A DNA stretch of 64,000 nt from an uncultured Lachnospiraceae bacterium (GTDB lineage: Bacteria; Bacillota; Clostridia; Lachnospirales; Lachnospiraceae), in the NCBI GenBank assembly GCA_902760415.1, contig CACWGK010000003.1, positions 217 through 64,216 on the forward strand. Reading direction: 5' to 3'. A model generated the notes under the pieces. The model was given only the letters and a program-made list of their open reading frames with translations, had not been told where the DNA came from and searched no databases. The stretch's first letter is position 1; each line of letters starts with the position of its first letter. Positions 8,855 to 18,140 of this stretch are shown in pieces. Position numbers and translations under genes: made by a program.

Positions 8855-9886
8855 ATGTGGTATATTTTATTCATGGGGTTAAGCAATTTAAAAAAATTAT
8901 CTTTGATAGTTAATACATCGATTCTTTTTATGGTTTTTGGCTTGATGGCATTCTTTCATGTCATTAAGGCTACTTTTCTTGTGTATTTTAGTATTCCCAC
9001 TGTATTGGTATATGTAATTGGATATATTCTTATCTATAAAGAGAAGCTTTATGGCTATGTTGTTATGGTATATTGCTGGCTAACTTTATATATGGGAGTT
9101 ACTACGATATGCTTAGGCTATGGCTATGGATTCCATCTATACTGTATGTCCATGATTCCAATCATATTCTATACAGGATATATGGCTCGTTCCATAGACG
9201 GCAAGCCTATCCATGCGATAGTGGCAAGTGTTGTTATAGTTGCCTTCTATCTTGCAACCACTCTTATTCCTACATTTAGGGGACCTATCTATACATCCGA
9301 TACAGGTGCAGATACTCTGTTTTGGATAGTTAATTCTATAATCGTATTTTCATTCCTGATTTTTTATACATATGTGATGATCAAGGGTATTACGGATTCA
9401 GAAGATAAGCTTAAGGCTCTTGCTATGAAGGATAATCTGACGGGTCTTTACAATCGTCACTATATTTTAAAGCAGCTCGAGACGACATCTGGCAAGAATG
9501 ATGAATACTTTGTAGCGATGGCTGATATAGATGATTTTAAGAAGGTAAATGATACATATGGCCATAATGCTGGTGACTATATACTTAAGACAGTTGCTGA
9601 GATTATGAGAGAAGCTTGTGACAATGTGTTGGTTTCGAGATGGGGCGGAGAAGAGTTTCTTGTTCTTGGCTATGATAAGAATAAGGCTCAGGAAAAAATG
9701 GAGAAAATCCGAAGCTCTATAAATAAGTATAACTTTACTTTTGAGGAAAAGAGTATTAAGGTTTCAGTGACTATAGGAATAGCAGAGCGAAGTGAAGCTG
9801 ATACTATAGATAAATGGATTCAGGTCGCTGATGATAGACTCTATAATGGTAAAACATCGGGCAAGAACAGGGTGATCTTTAAGTAA
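8855..9886 (+). CDS. Membrane-anchored diguanylate cyclase (GGDEF domain)
   Basis: The N-terminal half has about 6 predicted TM helices. The C-terminal GGDEF domain has the active-site motif RWGGEEFLVLG. The start is uncertain (8855 or 8873; no clear RBS). Confidence 0.85.
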   Translation: MWYILFMGLSNLKKLSLIVNTSILFMVFGLMAFFHVIKATFLVYFSIPTVLVYVIGYILIYKEKLYGYVVMVYCWLTLYMGVTTICLGYGYGFHLYCMSMIPIIFYTGYMARSIDGKPIHAIVASVVIVAFYLATTLIPTFRGPIYTSDTGADTLFWIVNSIIVFSFLIFYTYVMIKGITDSEDKLKALAMKDNLTGLYNRHYILKQLETTSGKNDEYFVAMADIDDFKKVNDTYGHNAGDYILKTVAEIMREACDNVLVSRWGGEEFLVLGYDKNKAQEKMEKIRSSINKYNFTFEEKSIKVSVTIGIAERSEADTIDKWIQVADDRLYNGKTSGKNRVIFK

Positions 9887-9887
9887 A

Positions 9888-10841
9888 GTGAAGACATTGA
9901 GGTATAGAATTAAATATATAGTTAGTATACTTCTTGTTATGACTATTCTTTCGGGATGTGGGAGAACTAATGATGCTTCAAAGTCTGACGAAGATATATC
10001 ATCATTTATGGAGGATTACCGAAGTGCAGTTTCATCTTCTGATTATATAGTACATGCGCTGGGCGGAGAAGAGGATAGGTCCTATATCAATTCTATCGAT
10101 ATGTTAGATAAAGCTTATAAAGAGGGCTTAAGAGTATTCGAGGCAGATATCTCATTTACCAGCGATGGAGTTCTCGTACTTGCACATAGTGGAGAAGACA
10201 ATGTGTGGAGCAAGAATGATTGGGAGAAGAGGCTTGGGCAGAAGTATCCCTTTGACGATGAATCGGTAAAGGATTATGAATGCTATGATGTAGATAAGCA
10301 TCTCTGTTCCTATGAGGTGTTTAAATCATTTAAGATACAAGGCAGATATACTGCAAATAGTTTCGCTGAGCTGCTTGATTATATGGAAGAGCACGTAGAT
10401 ATGTACCTTATGGTGGATGCGGGATATAGGTCTTATGCGGACGCGAAGGCTTATTATGAAGCGATAGTAGAGGCGGCGGATGGCAGAACCCAGGTTCTGG
10501 ATAGACTTATAGCAGGCGGTCAGACTACTGATATGGTAAAGGCAGCCAGGGAAGCGTATGACTTTCCGCTGATTAATCTATATTTTGATAAGGATGAAAA
10601 ACGGGAGTCTATTATATATTCCGCGGAAGATTTTGTGCGGTACTGTGATGCTGAGAGTATAACGAGTCTCAGCATAGCGAAGGAAGTTTTTACTGAAGAT
10701 GTGGCTAAGGTCATATCAGATAGTGACCTTATCATCTATGTATTTACGGAAAATGATGAGAGCGAAGCAGAGCATATTCTATCTCTGGGAGCGGATATGG
10801 TTGGAACAGATTTCCTCTGGTCAGAAGAAAAGAAAAACTGA
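9888..10841 (+). CDS. Lipoprotein, glycerophosphodiester phosphodiesterase (GDPD/PLC-like) family
   Basis: GTG start. The signal peptide has the lipobox LSGC. HALGG...FEADISFTSDGVLVLAHS resembles the GDPD catalytic N-terminal motifs. Confidence 0.6.
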   Translation: MKTLRYRIKYIVSILLVMTILSGCGRTNDASKSDEDISSFMEDYRSAVSSSDYIVHALGGEEDRSYINSIDMLDKAYKEGLRVFEADISFTSDGVLVLAHSGEDNVWSKNDWEKRLGQKYPFDDESVKDYECYDVDKHLCSYEVFKSFKIQGRYTANSFAELLDYMEEHVDMYLMVDAGYRSYADAKAYYEAIVEAADGRTQVLDRLIAGGQTTDMVKAAREAYDFPLINLYFDKDEKRESIIYSAEDFVRYCDAESITSLSIAKEVFTEDVAKVISDSDLIIYVFTENDESEAEHILSLGADMVGTDFLWSEEKKN

Positions 10842-10882
10842 TTATATCAGTTAAATATATCATTTAAGAAAGGCATAAGAAG

Positions 10883-11281
10883 TTGGGAACATTTAGTAGT
10901 TTAGAAGAAGCAAGAGAACATTTTAAGAAGGACAGATTTGCGAGCTTTAGTGGAATGGTTTTGGATGAGCTTGGAGAGGATTATTCAGTCTGCAGTGTGG
11001 AGCTCACAGAAGTGCATCAGAATGCTTATGGTGGCGTCATGGGTGGAGCTATCTTTACTCTGGCGGATCTGGCATTTGCGGCACTTTCCAATAATATACA
11101 TCAGCCGACTGTGGCTCAGCAGGTAAGCATTAATTATCTGTCATCAGTTAAGGGCCAGAAACTTATCGCAAGGGCAACTATGAAGAAGGATGGAAAAAGA
11201 ACTTGTACTATAGTTGTTGATGTGACAGATGATACTGGGCGTGATATAGCACAGTTTGTTGGACTTGGTTTTAAATTATAG
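10883..11281 (+). CDS. PaaI-family hotdog-fold thioesterase
   Basis: 132 aa. HQNAYGGVMGGAIFTLADLAFAA is the typical PaaI/4HBT motif region. Confidence 0.8.
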   Translation: MGTFSSLEEAREHFKKDRFASFSGMVLDELGEDYSVCSVELTEVHQNAYGGVMGGAIFTLADLAFAALSNNIHQPTVAQQVSINYLSSVKGQKLIARATMKKDGKRTCTIVVDVTDDTGRDIAQFVGLGFKL

Positions 11282-11332
11282 TATAGAAAAAAGATTGGAT
11301 GTTATTCGTTCGTTATATATAGGAGTTATAAG

Positions 11333-11623
11333 ATGAATACAGGTGATCTTTTGGAGATCCTTAGAGAGAAAGCAAAGGCGGATAGTAGTTTAAGGGGTAG
11401 ACTGCTGGATACTAGATCCTCTGCAACACCTCTTTCGGATTTTTGTAAGATTAGTCGTGAAGTAGGAGTATCTTTATCAGAAATGGATATGATAGAGTTT
11501 GGGGAATCTTCGTATGCGGCAATGCGACGCAGTACAAATGGCGGTGGCGAGAATGCTCCGCTTCTTCAGTGGGAGGATGATGCATACGAAATGTTTCTGA
11601 TGGAGTTAGAGCTACTCAAGTAA
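11333..11623 (+). CDS. Small protein with Nif11-like N-terminal domain
   Basis: 96 aa. The N-terminus LLEILREKAKADSSLRGRLLDTRSSATPLSDFCKISREVGVSLSEMDM resembles the Nif11 domain. RBS AGGAG lies upstream. Confidence 0.4.
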   Translation: MNTGDLLEILREKAKADSSLRGRLLDTRSSATPLSDFCKISREVGVSLSEMDMIEFGESSYAAMRRSTNGGGENAPLLQWEDDAYEMFLMELELLK

Positions 11624-11649
11624 CTTGTGTAATAACAAAGGAGTAAGGT

Positions 11650-13068
11650 ATGAATATTAAGGAATTTGTTGATGGGTTTGAGGCTATGACATGCGTAGTA
11701 TCTGTCGAAAGTTTTGAAGATGGCAGATATGGTAAGTTTAGAATTGTAGATGGAAATAAAACATATATTGATTCGATAGAGAATCCTGCGCCAGGAGCAG
11801 AGATGTTGGTTCAGAAGTTTGAACCTAATGCTGAGTATACTCATTACATGACAAGGGATCTTAACTTTGAGGATTATTGTTACAGAGCTGCGGTTAATAA
11901 GAAATGTCTTCATTCCTATGCGCATCCTGATAGAATGCCAGGTATATGGTTTAATATGACATTTCTCCCTGTTGCCTATGAAGAGGAGATAGAGGGTGGA
12001 AAGCTTTGCTTCTGTACATATACTATGGAGATTAACTTTGAAGCAGATTCAAAGAGGCTTTCGAGCATATCTTCAGATGTTGCTTCGGCTGTTCTTGAGA
12101 CATGTATTAAGCTTAGAAGTGCAAAGGACTTCAAGGTATCTATGGCTGAAGTTGTATCGGATATAAGAGATATTTGCACAGCGGAACATTGCTGTATCCT
12201 TCTTTTGGATGAGGATGAGAGGAAATGTTCAGTTCTAGGCGAAGCATTTGCGCCTGGTTCAAAGCTTCTACCTATGGACACATATCTGGATGATGGTTTC
12301 TATACTATAGCAGAAACCTGGCCAAATGTAATAGCTGGCAGCAACTGCTTTATAGCAAAGAATGATTACGATATGGATATAATTAAGGAACGTAGTGCTA
12401 TCTGGTATAAGTCTCTTACTGATGCAGGAGTTTACAATATAGTTCTTTTCCCTCTTAAGTTTGGCGAAGAACTTATGGGTTATATCTGGGCACTTAATTA
12501 TGAGGCCGAGAATGCAACAAAGATAAAAGAGACTCTGGAGACTACCACATTTATCCTTAGTTCAGAGATTTATAACAGTCTTCTTGTTGAGAAGCTTAAG
12601 GTGCTTAGTGCATATGATATGCTTACAGAAGTTATGAATCGAAATGAAATGAATAACCTCATTGATAGAATATGTACAGATAAGAGGGCTGATTCAGCAG
12701 GTGTTATCTTTATGGATCTTAATGGTCTTAAGAAGGTAAATGATTTAGAAGGACATGTGGCTGGAGATAAGCTTCTGAAGGAGGCTGCAAATCTTCTAAA
12801 GGACGTATTTGATGTAGGTAATATCTATAGGGCTGGAGGAGATGAGTTTACAATCATCTTGCAGGGTATTACGGAAGATGAACTCGGTCAAAAGGTAGAG
12901 AAGATTAGAGAATTATCGGAAAAACATGAGTCTGTAAGCTTTGCAGTAGGTAGCTGTTATGTTGAGGATAAGAAAGATATTAAGACTGCGCTCAGACTTG
13001 CTGACGAGAGAATGTATGATGATAAGAGACTATACTATGAGAGAATTAATGAGCCTAAGTATAGGTAA
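11650..13068 (+). CDS. Cytoplasmic sensor diguanylate cyclase (N-terminal GAF-like region + GGDEF)
   Basis: The C-terminal GGDEF domain has the intact motif YRAGGDEFTIIL. The about 300-aa N-terminal sensory region has no TM helices. Confidence 0.85.
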   Translation: MNIKEFVDGFEAMTCVVSVESFEDGRYGKFRIVDGNKTYIDSIENPAPGAEMLVQKFEPNAEYTHYMTRDLNFEDYCYRAAVNKKCLHSYAHPDRMPGIWFNMTFLPVAYEEEIEGGKLCFCTYTMEINFEADSKRLSSISSDVASAVLETCIKLRSAKDFKVSMAEVVSDIRDICTAEHCCILLLDEDERKCSVLGEAFAPGSKLLPMDTYLDDGFYTIAETWPNVIAGSNCFIAKNDYDMDIIKERSAIWYKSLTDAGVYNIVLFPLKFGEELMGYIWALNYEAENATKIKETLETTTFILSSEIYNSLLVEKLKVLSAYDMLTEVMNRNEMNNLIDRICTDKRADSAGVIFMDLNGLKKVNDLEGHVAGDKLLKEAANLLKDVFDVGNIYRAGGDEFTIILQGITEDELGQKVEKIRELSEKHESVSFAVGSCYVEDKKDIKTALRLADERMYDDKRLYYERINEPKYR

Positions 13069-13072
13069 AAAG

Positions 13073-13325
13073 ATTGACAGATAACAAAGTGTTTGCTATT
13101 TTAAAATAGCAATTGTTATTATTTGAACAAATATTCATATATTTACAAACAAGGGAGTAGCTAGCAGAAAGATATTTTCTGTTCGTATAATCGCCATCTC
13201 GATTGTTGGAGAGTATTCCTCGGACAGTTCGGTTTTATGAATAATTAGCGAGACTTGCTTGTAGCTTACATGATTATTCCTACGGGAATAGTGATGTGGC
13301 TACAAGTGGGTCTCGCTTTTTCTTT
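13073..13325 (+). ncRNA. Candidate independent small transcript or orphan leader ending in a very long hairpin terminator
   Basis: A TTGACA box at 13073 follows the upstream stop codon. About 170 nt of non-coding sequence leads to the 13247-13325 terminator. The downstream ABC operon has its own promoter at 13369-13397. I do not recognise any known riboswitch motif here. Confidence 0.3.
13247..13325 (+). terminator. Extra-long hairpin terminator (about 33 bp stem, UACG tetraloop, T-run)
   Basis: 13247-13280 pairs with 13285-13317 around the loop TACG. Several pairs are G-U, so the stem is only complete in the + strand RNA. TTTTTCTTT follows. Confidence 0.75.
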
Positions 13326-13368
13326 GTGCTAAGGTTGTAGCTACGAAACGTCTAGATGAAAAAAGTTA

Positions 13369-13397
13369 TTGACTTCTAACCCGTATAGTGATATAAA
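13369..13397 (+). promoter_or_regulatory. Sigma-A-type promoter of the ABC transporter operon
   Basis: TTGACT (13369-13374), a 17-nt spacer ending in TGa, then TATAAA (13392-13397): near-consensus -35 and an extended -10. Confidence 0.5.
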
Positions 13398-13449
13398 TGC
13401 TTACGTGAATATATGAATGAATGTTCATATATTAAAAGGAGGAAGAGAT

Positions 13450-14166
13450 ATGTCAGAAGATGAAAGAAAGTTTCTGGAGATAGTAAATCTTAAGAAGGGC
13501 TTTGGTTCTGGAGAATCTAGACAGGAAGTCCTTAGAGGTATGGAGTTTACCGTAGCAAAAGGAGAGTTTTGTGTACTCCTTGGCCCTTCTGGATCCGGTA
13601 AATCAACATTACTCAATATAATAGGTGGTATCGATAATCCTGACTCAGGTTATATATCCATAAATGGTGATAAGCTGGAGGATATGGGAGAGAAGGGACT
13701 TACACAGTATCGTCGTAAGCATTTGGGATATGTGTTCCAGATGTATAACCTAATACCAAATCTTAATGTTAAGGAGAATATCGAGGTTGGTGCTTACCTT
13801 TCTGATAAGGCCCTTGATATAGATGAACTTCTTAATACACTTGGTCTATATAAGCACCGTCATAAGTTACCAAATCAGCTTTCTGGTGGACAGCAGCAGC
13901 GTGTATCTATTGGTAGAGCTATAGTGAAGAATCCAGATATTCTCTTATGTGATGAACCAACTGGAGCGCTAGATTACAACACTTCAAAGGAAATCCTTAA
14001 GCTTATCGAAGATGTAAATCAGAAGTATGGAAATACAATCATTATGGTTACACATAACGAAGCTATCAAGAATATGGCGGATCATGTTATTAAGCTTCGT
14101 GATGGAGTGGTTCGTCATAATAACATCAATGAGAATAAGGTATCAGCTGTAGATCTCGACTGGTAA
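13450..14166 (+). CDS. ABC transporter ATP-binding protein (MacB/LolD-type)
   Basis: Walker A GPSGSGKST, signature LSGGQQQRV and Walker B ILLCDEPT. RBS AAAGGAGGAAGAG precedes ATG 13450; the track ORF starts at 13417. Confidence 0.9.
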   Translation: MSEDERKFLEIVNLKKGFGSGESRQEVLRGMEFTVAKGEFCVLLGPSGSGKSTLLNIIGGIDNPDSGYISINGDKLEDMGEKGLTQYRRKHLGYVFQMYNLIPNLNVKENIEVGAYLSDKALDIDELLNTLGLYKHRHKLPNQLSGGQQQRVSIGRAIVKNPDILLCDEPTGALDYNTSKEILKLIEDVNQKYGNTIIMVTHNEAIKNMADHVIKLRDGVVRHNNINENKVSAVDLDW

Positions 14167-14223
14167 TTTCATTTATCAATAACTATTAATTGATAAATCT
14201 TAGGAAATGTGAGGAAAATAAAT

Positions 14224-16992
14224 ATGAGAAAGATTACGAGCCCACTTAAGAAAAGGGTTCCAAGAGAACTCGTTGGAGAGTGGCGTAAATATGTTGTTAT
14301 TGCACTTTTCCTGATTCTCATGATCGGGTTTATATCAGGAATGTATGTTGCCAACAACAGTATGCTTACTTCTGCTGATAAGAAAAAGACAGAATATAAT
14401 CTTGAGGATGGCTGTTTTGAAACTGCAGAAAAAGCGAGCAATGAGATGATCAAGGCTCTTGAAAAGGGCGAGAAAGCTGATGTTAAGCAGTATTATCTGG
14501 ACAAGGGATATGAAGAGGCAGATAAGGAAGTCAAGAAAGCAATTGATGAGAAAATCCCTGGAGAGATAGAAAAAGCTGTTAAGGATGGAATAGAGAAAGA
14601 AGTTCGTGCTCAGGCAACTGAGGGAGTTGAAGCTCAGATAGCTCAGTATTCTAATATGGGTGCTAAGGTATCGGATTCTGAGAAAGAGAAGATGATACAG
14701 GATATTGTTGATGAGAATCTTCAGGCTGCACTTGATGAATACTACGATGATGCGTATCAGACAGCATACGATAAGTTCATGGATGAGGAATATGAGGATA
14801 CCCTGGAGGATGCCAAGAAGGAAGCGTATGAAGAAGTCGAAGATACGGTAGAGGAGGAATATGAGAAAGCGGCAGATAAGTATGATCTGGATAATCCAGA
14901 TTATGAGGCTGTTCCGATAAAGATATATGAAAACTTCTACAAGGATTCCGGTGAAGATAGAGATCTCGATGGAGAAAAGGACGGTAATATTCGTGTATAT
15001 AAGGACAGAGATGATGTAGATCTTTACAGCATTCATGAGGGTAAGATGCCATCTTCTGCAGACGAGATAGCAATCGACAGAATGCATGCTGATAACGTAA
15101 AGGTTAAGATTGGCGATACTATAAGAGTGGGCGGTCAGGACTTTAAGGTCACTGCACTTGTTGCTCTAGTTAACTATAGTACACTTTATGAGAAGCCAAC
15201 GGATTCAATGTTCGATGCAATATACTTCGATGTTGCTATGGTGACTGATGAGGGCTTTGACAGAATAAAGAATAATATTCATTATAACTACGCTTGGACC
15301 TATAATGTTAAGCCTGTTGATGAGGTAGAAGAGAAAGCTTTATCTGAAAATGTTATGGCTGCGCTTATATCTCAGTCTGTAGTAAATGGCGAGGATGATG
15401 AACCTCTAGAGATAGAGAACTTCCTTCCAAATTATTCAAATAATGCGATTCATTTCGCGACAGATGATATGGGTGGTGATAAGGCGATGGCTGGAATCCT
15501 CCTATATATACTAGTGGCTGTGCTTGCATTTATCTTTGCTATAACGATAAGTAACACGATTACAAAAGAGTCTTCGGTTATTGGAACCCTTCGAGCATCG
15601 GGATATACAAAGGGTGAGCTAATCGTTCACTATATGACAATGCCTGTTCTTGTAACCTTGATAGCAGCGATAATTGGAAATATCCTGGGATATACAGTTT
15701 TCAAAAATGTAGTAATTGGAATGTATTATAATTCATACAGTCTTCCGACTTATGAAACTTATTGGACGTCAGATGCATTTATCAAGACAACTATTGTTCC
15801 AGTGATCATCATGTTTGTGATCAACCTGACAGTAATCGTTAGAATGATGCGCTTCTCGCCACTTAAGTTCCTGAGACATGATCTTAAGATAAAGAAGAGA
15901 CGTAAGGCGGTCAGACTTCCTAAGTGGAAGTTCCTTTCAAGATTTAGAGCGCGTATCTTGCTTCAGAATATACCTAACTATATAGTGCTTGTTCTGGGTA
16001 TATCATTTGTAATGCTGATGCTTTCTATGGCAGTTGGCTTCCCGGATTCGCTGGATGTGTATAAGTCAAATGTTACTGATATGATGTTTGCAAAGTATCA
16101 GACTATTCTTACCTCAACAGAGGATGAGGATGAAAATCCTATAGAGACTACGACGAAGTCTGCTGAGAAGTTCGCAATGAATGGACTTCAGTATGTTTAT
16201 AAGGATCATAAGGAATCGGTATCGGTATATGGAGTAGAAGATAAGAGTAAGTATATTGATATTCCAGATTCGCTTATGGAAAATGAGGTTTATATATCTA
16301 CTACATTTGCTGAGAAATACGGCATCGAAGTAGGTGATACATTTAAACTGGATGCCAGATACGAAAATGATGTCTACACCATGAAGGTTGCTGGAATCTA
16401 TGATTATTCAGGCGCACTTACTGTCTTTATGCCAATTGATAATTATAGAGAAATGTTTGACGAGGATGAAGATTTCTTCACAGGCTTTATGGCAAATGAA
16501 GAGATTGAAGGAATCGATGATGAGTATATAGCAACCACTATAACGGAAGATGATGTCCTGAAGATATCGAGACAGCTGGATCATTCCATGGGTTCATATA
16601 TGAAGTATTTCCAGGTGGTATGTATCATACTATCTGCGGTACTTATCTACCTGCTTACTAAGATAATCATAGAGAAGAATGAAAATGCTATCTCTATGGT
16701 AAAGATTCTAGGATATGAGAATAAAGAAATCAGCGGATTATATATGACGTCCACAACCATCGTGGTAATATTTGCTTGTATAGTTGGTATAGTACTCGCA
16801 TACTTTGGAATGGGTGAAATCTTCAAGATATATCTTATGAGTATGGAAGGATGGTTCCACTATGTTGTGACACCGCTTGGATTTGTGAAGATGTTTGTCT
16901 TCGTATTTGCAGCATATCTTATCGTAATGATTATAGATTATCGCCGTATCAAGAAGATACCGATGGACGAAGCGTTAAAACATGTAGATTAA
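14224..16992 (+). CDS. ABC transporter permease with two FtsX domains and large extracytoplasmic domains
   Basis: Two blocks of FtsX-type TM helices, each preceded by a large soluble domain. The first soluble domain carries an about 200-aa highly charged D/E/K-rich segment. GAGG RBS lies 9 nt before ATG 14224; the track start is GTG 14209. Confidence 0.85.
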   Translation: MRKITSPLKKRVPRELVGEWRKYVVIALFLILMIGFISGMYVANNSMLTSADKKKTEYNLEDGCFETAEKASNEMIKALEKGEKADVKQYYLDKGYEEADKEVKKAIDEKIPGEIEKAVKDGIEKEVRAQATEGVEAQIAQYSNMGAKVSDSEKEKMIQDIVDENLQAALDEYYDDAYQTAYDKFMDEEYEDTLEDAKKEAYEEVEDTVEEEYEKAADKYDLDNPDYEAVPIKIYENFYKDSGEDRDLDGEKDGNIRVYKDRDDVDLYSIHEGKMPSSADEIAIDRMHADNVKVKIGDTIRVGGQDFKVTALVALVNYSTLYEKPTDSMFDAIYFDVAMVTDEGFDRIKNNIHYNYAWTYNVKPVDEVEEKALSENVMAALISQSVVNGEDDEPLEIENFLPNYSNNAIHFATDDMGGDKAMAGILLYILVAVLAFIFAITISNTITKESSVIGTLRASGYTKGELIVHYMTMPVLVTLIAAIIGNILGYTVFKNVVIGMYYNSYSLPTYETYWTSDAFIKTTIVPVIIMFVINLTVIVRMMRFSPLKFLRHDLKIKKRRKAVRLPKWKFLSRFRARILLQNIPNYIVLVLGISFVMLMLSMAVGFPDSLDVYKSNVTDMMFAKYQTILTSTEDEDENPIETTTKSAEKFAMNGLQYVYKDHKESVSVYGVEDKSKYIDIPDSLMENEVYISTTFAEKYGIEVGDTFKLDARYENDVYTMKVAGIYDYSGALTVFMPIDNYREMFDEDEDFFTGFMANEEIEGIDDEYIATTITEDDVLKISRQLDHSMGSYMKYFQVVCIILSAVLIYLLTKIIIEKNENAISMVKILGYENKEISGLYMTSTTIVVIFACIVGIVLAYFGMGEIFKIYLMSMEGWFHYVVTPLGFVKMFVFVFAAYLIVMIIDYRRIKKIPMDEALKHVD

Positions 16993-17075
16993 AAAATGAG
17001 TCACTTCTTTGCTCCGACGTAACAGCTGACTCAAAAATGAGTCAGCAGTTACGTCGAAGCAAGAGGTGACTCATT
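16993..17075. repeat. Palindromic repeat element, inverted-dimer copy A
   Basis: AAAATGAGTCAC...CTGACTCAAAAATGAGTCAGCAGTTACGTCG...GGTGACTCATT. It shares TGAGTCA/TGACTCA ends and the TTACGTC-GACGTAA core with copies at 30163, 40075, 57525 and 60722. It fills the gap between convergent stop codons. Confidence 0.9.
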
Positions 17076-17078
17076 CGT

Positions 17079-18140
17079 TTATTTAACGAGTGAATCGATG
17101 ATGGAGGTTATGCTGGTTATGGAGTCTGCAAGCTCACTAGTCTGCATAGCCTCTATATATTTATCTCTGTTTGAATATACTTCTCTTATACCAGTTAGTA
17201 GTGTTTCGTTACTAACTGCCTCTTCTTCGATTACGTAACTGTAACCGCTTTTCTCAAAGGACTGAGCATTGAGAATCTGATCTCCGCGGCTTGCGGCCTT
17301 TGATAATGGAATCAGAAGATTTGGTTTTCTTATAGCAAGTAGTTCACAGATTGCATTTGCACCAGCGCGTGATATAACTACATCAGCTAGGGCAAACATG
17401 TCTGGGAGCTGTTCTTTTATAAACTCATACTGAACGTAACCTTTTTTATCTTTGATATCAGGGTTCAACTTACCTTTTCCGGTAAGATGAATGACATTGA
17501 ACTCCTTCAGTAATTCGTCAAGACATCCCCATATTGCTTTATTTATAGCAACACTTCCTGTGCTTCCGCCAACTACGAGTAGAGTTGGCTTATCATCTGT
17601 GAATCCACAGAACTCTCGGGCTTTTTCTTTGTCGCCGTTAAAAAGCTCCTGTCTGATAGGTGTACCAGTTACTGTTGCACGGTCGCTGAAGAGCTCTTTG
17701 GTCTCTGGAAAATTACAGCAGATTTTTGTAGCCTTTGGAAGAGCTATCTTGTTGGCAAGTCCTGGAGTCATATCTGATTCGTGGATAACGACAGGAATGT
17801 GCAGATGTGCTGCCATCAGTACAACAGGGACAGTGACAAATCCTCCCTTTGAGAAGACTACATCAGGTTTTATCTTCTTCAGTATTCTCTTCGCATCACC
17901 AAAGCCCTTGTTGACTCTGAAAGGATCTGTGAAGTTCTTAAGATCGAAGTAGCGTCTTAGCTTTCCTGAAGATATTCCGTAGTAAGGAATACCAATCTCT
18001 TCGATAAGTTTTTTCTCGATACCATTATATGTTCCAATATAGCTGATCTCGTATCCTAATTCCTTAAGACGAGGAATCATTGCGATATTTGGAGTTACAT
18101 GTCCGGCTGTACCACCGCCGGTAAGTATAATCTTCTTCAT
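17079..18140 (-). CDS. murG: UDP-N-acetylglucosamine--N-acetylmuramyl-(pentapeptide) pyrophosphoryl-undecaprenol GlcNAc transferase
   Basis: N-terminus MKKIILTGGGTAGHVTPNIAM and the C-terminal region ISRAGANAICELLA are typical of MurG. It is the only - strand gene. Confidence 0.9.
   Translation of the reverse strand: MKKIILTGGGTAGHVTPNIAMIPRLKELGYEISYIGTYNGIEKKLIEEIGIPYYGISSGKLRRYFDLKNFTDPFRVNKGFGDAKRILKKIKPDVVFSKGGFVTVPVVLMAAHLHIPVVIHESDMTPGLANKIALPKATKICCNFPETKELFSDRATVTGTPIRQELFNGDKEKAREFCGFTDDKPTLLVVGGSTGSVAINKAIWGCLDELLKEFNVIHLTGKGKLNPDIKDKKGYVQYEFIKEQLPDMFALADVVISRAGANAICELLAIRKPNLLIPLSKAASRGDQILNAQSFEKSGYSYVIEEEAVSNETLLTGIREVYSNRDKYIEAMQTSELADSITSITSIIDSLVK

Noticed and set aside
13271-13333. 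20-codon hydrophobic ORF (MIIPTGIVMWLQVGLAFSLC) inside the long hairpin.
   Set aside because: It has no Shine-Dalgarno sequence and its start codon is buried in the stem. Its hydrophobicity is explained by the T/G-rich hairpin arm.
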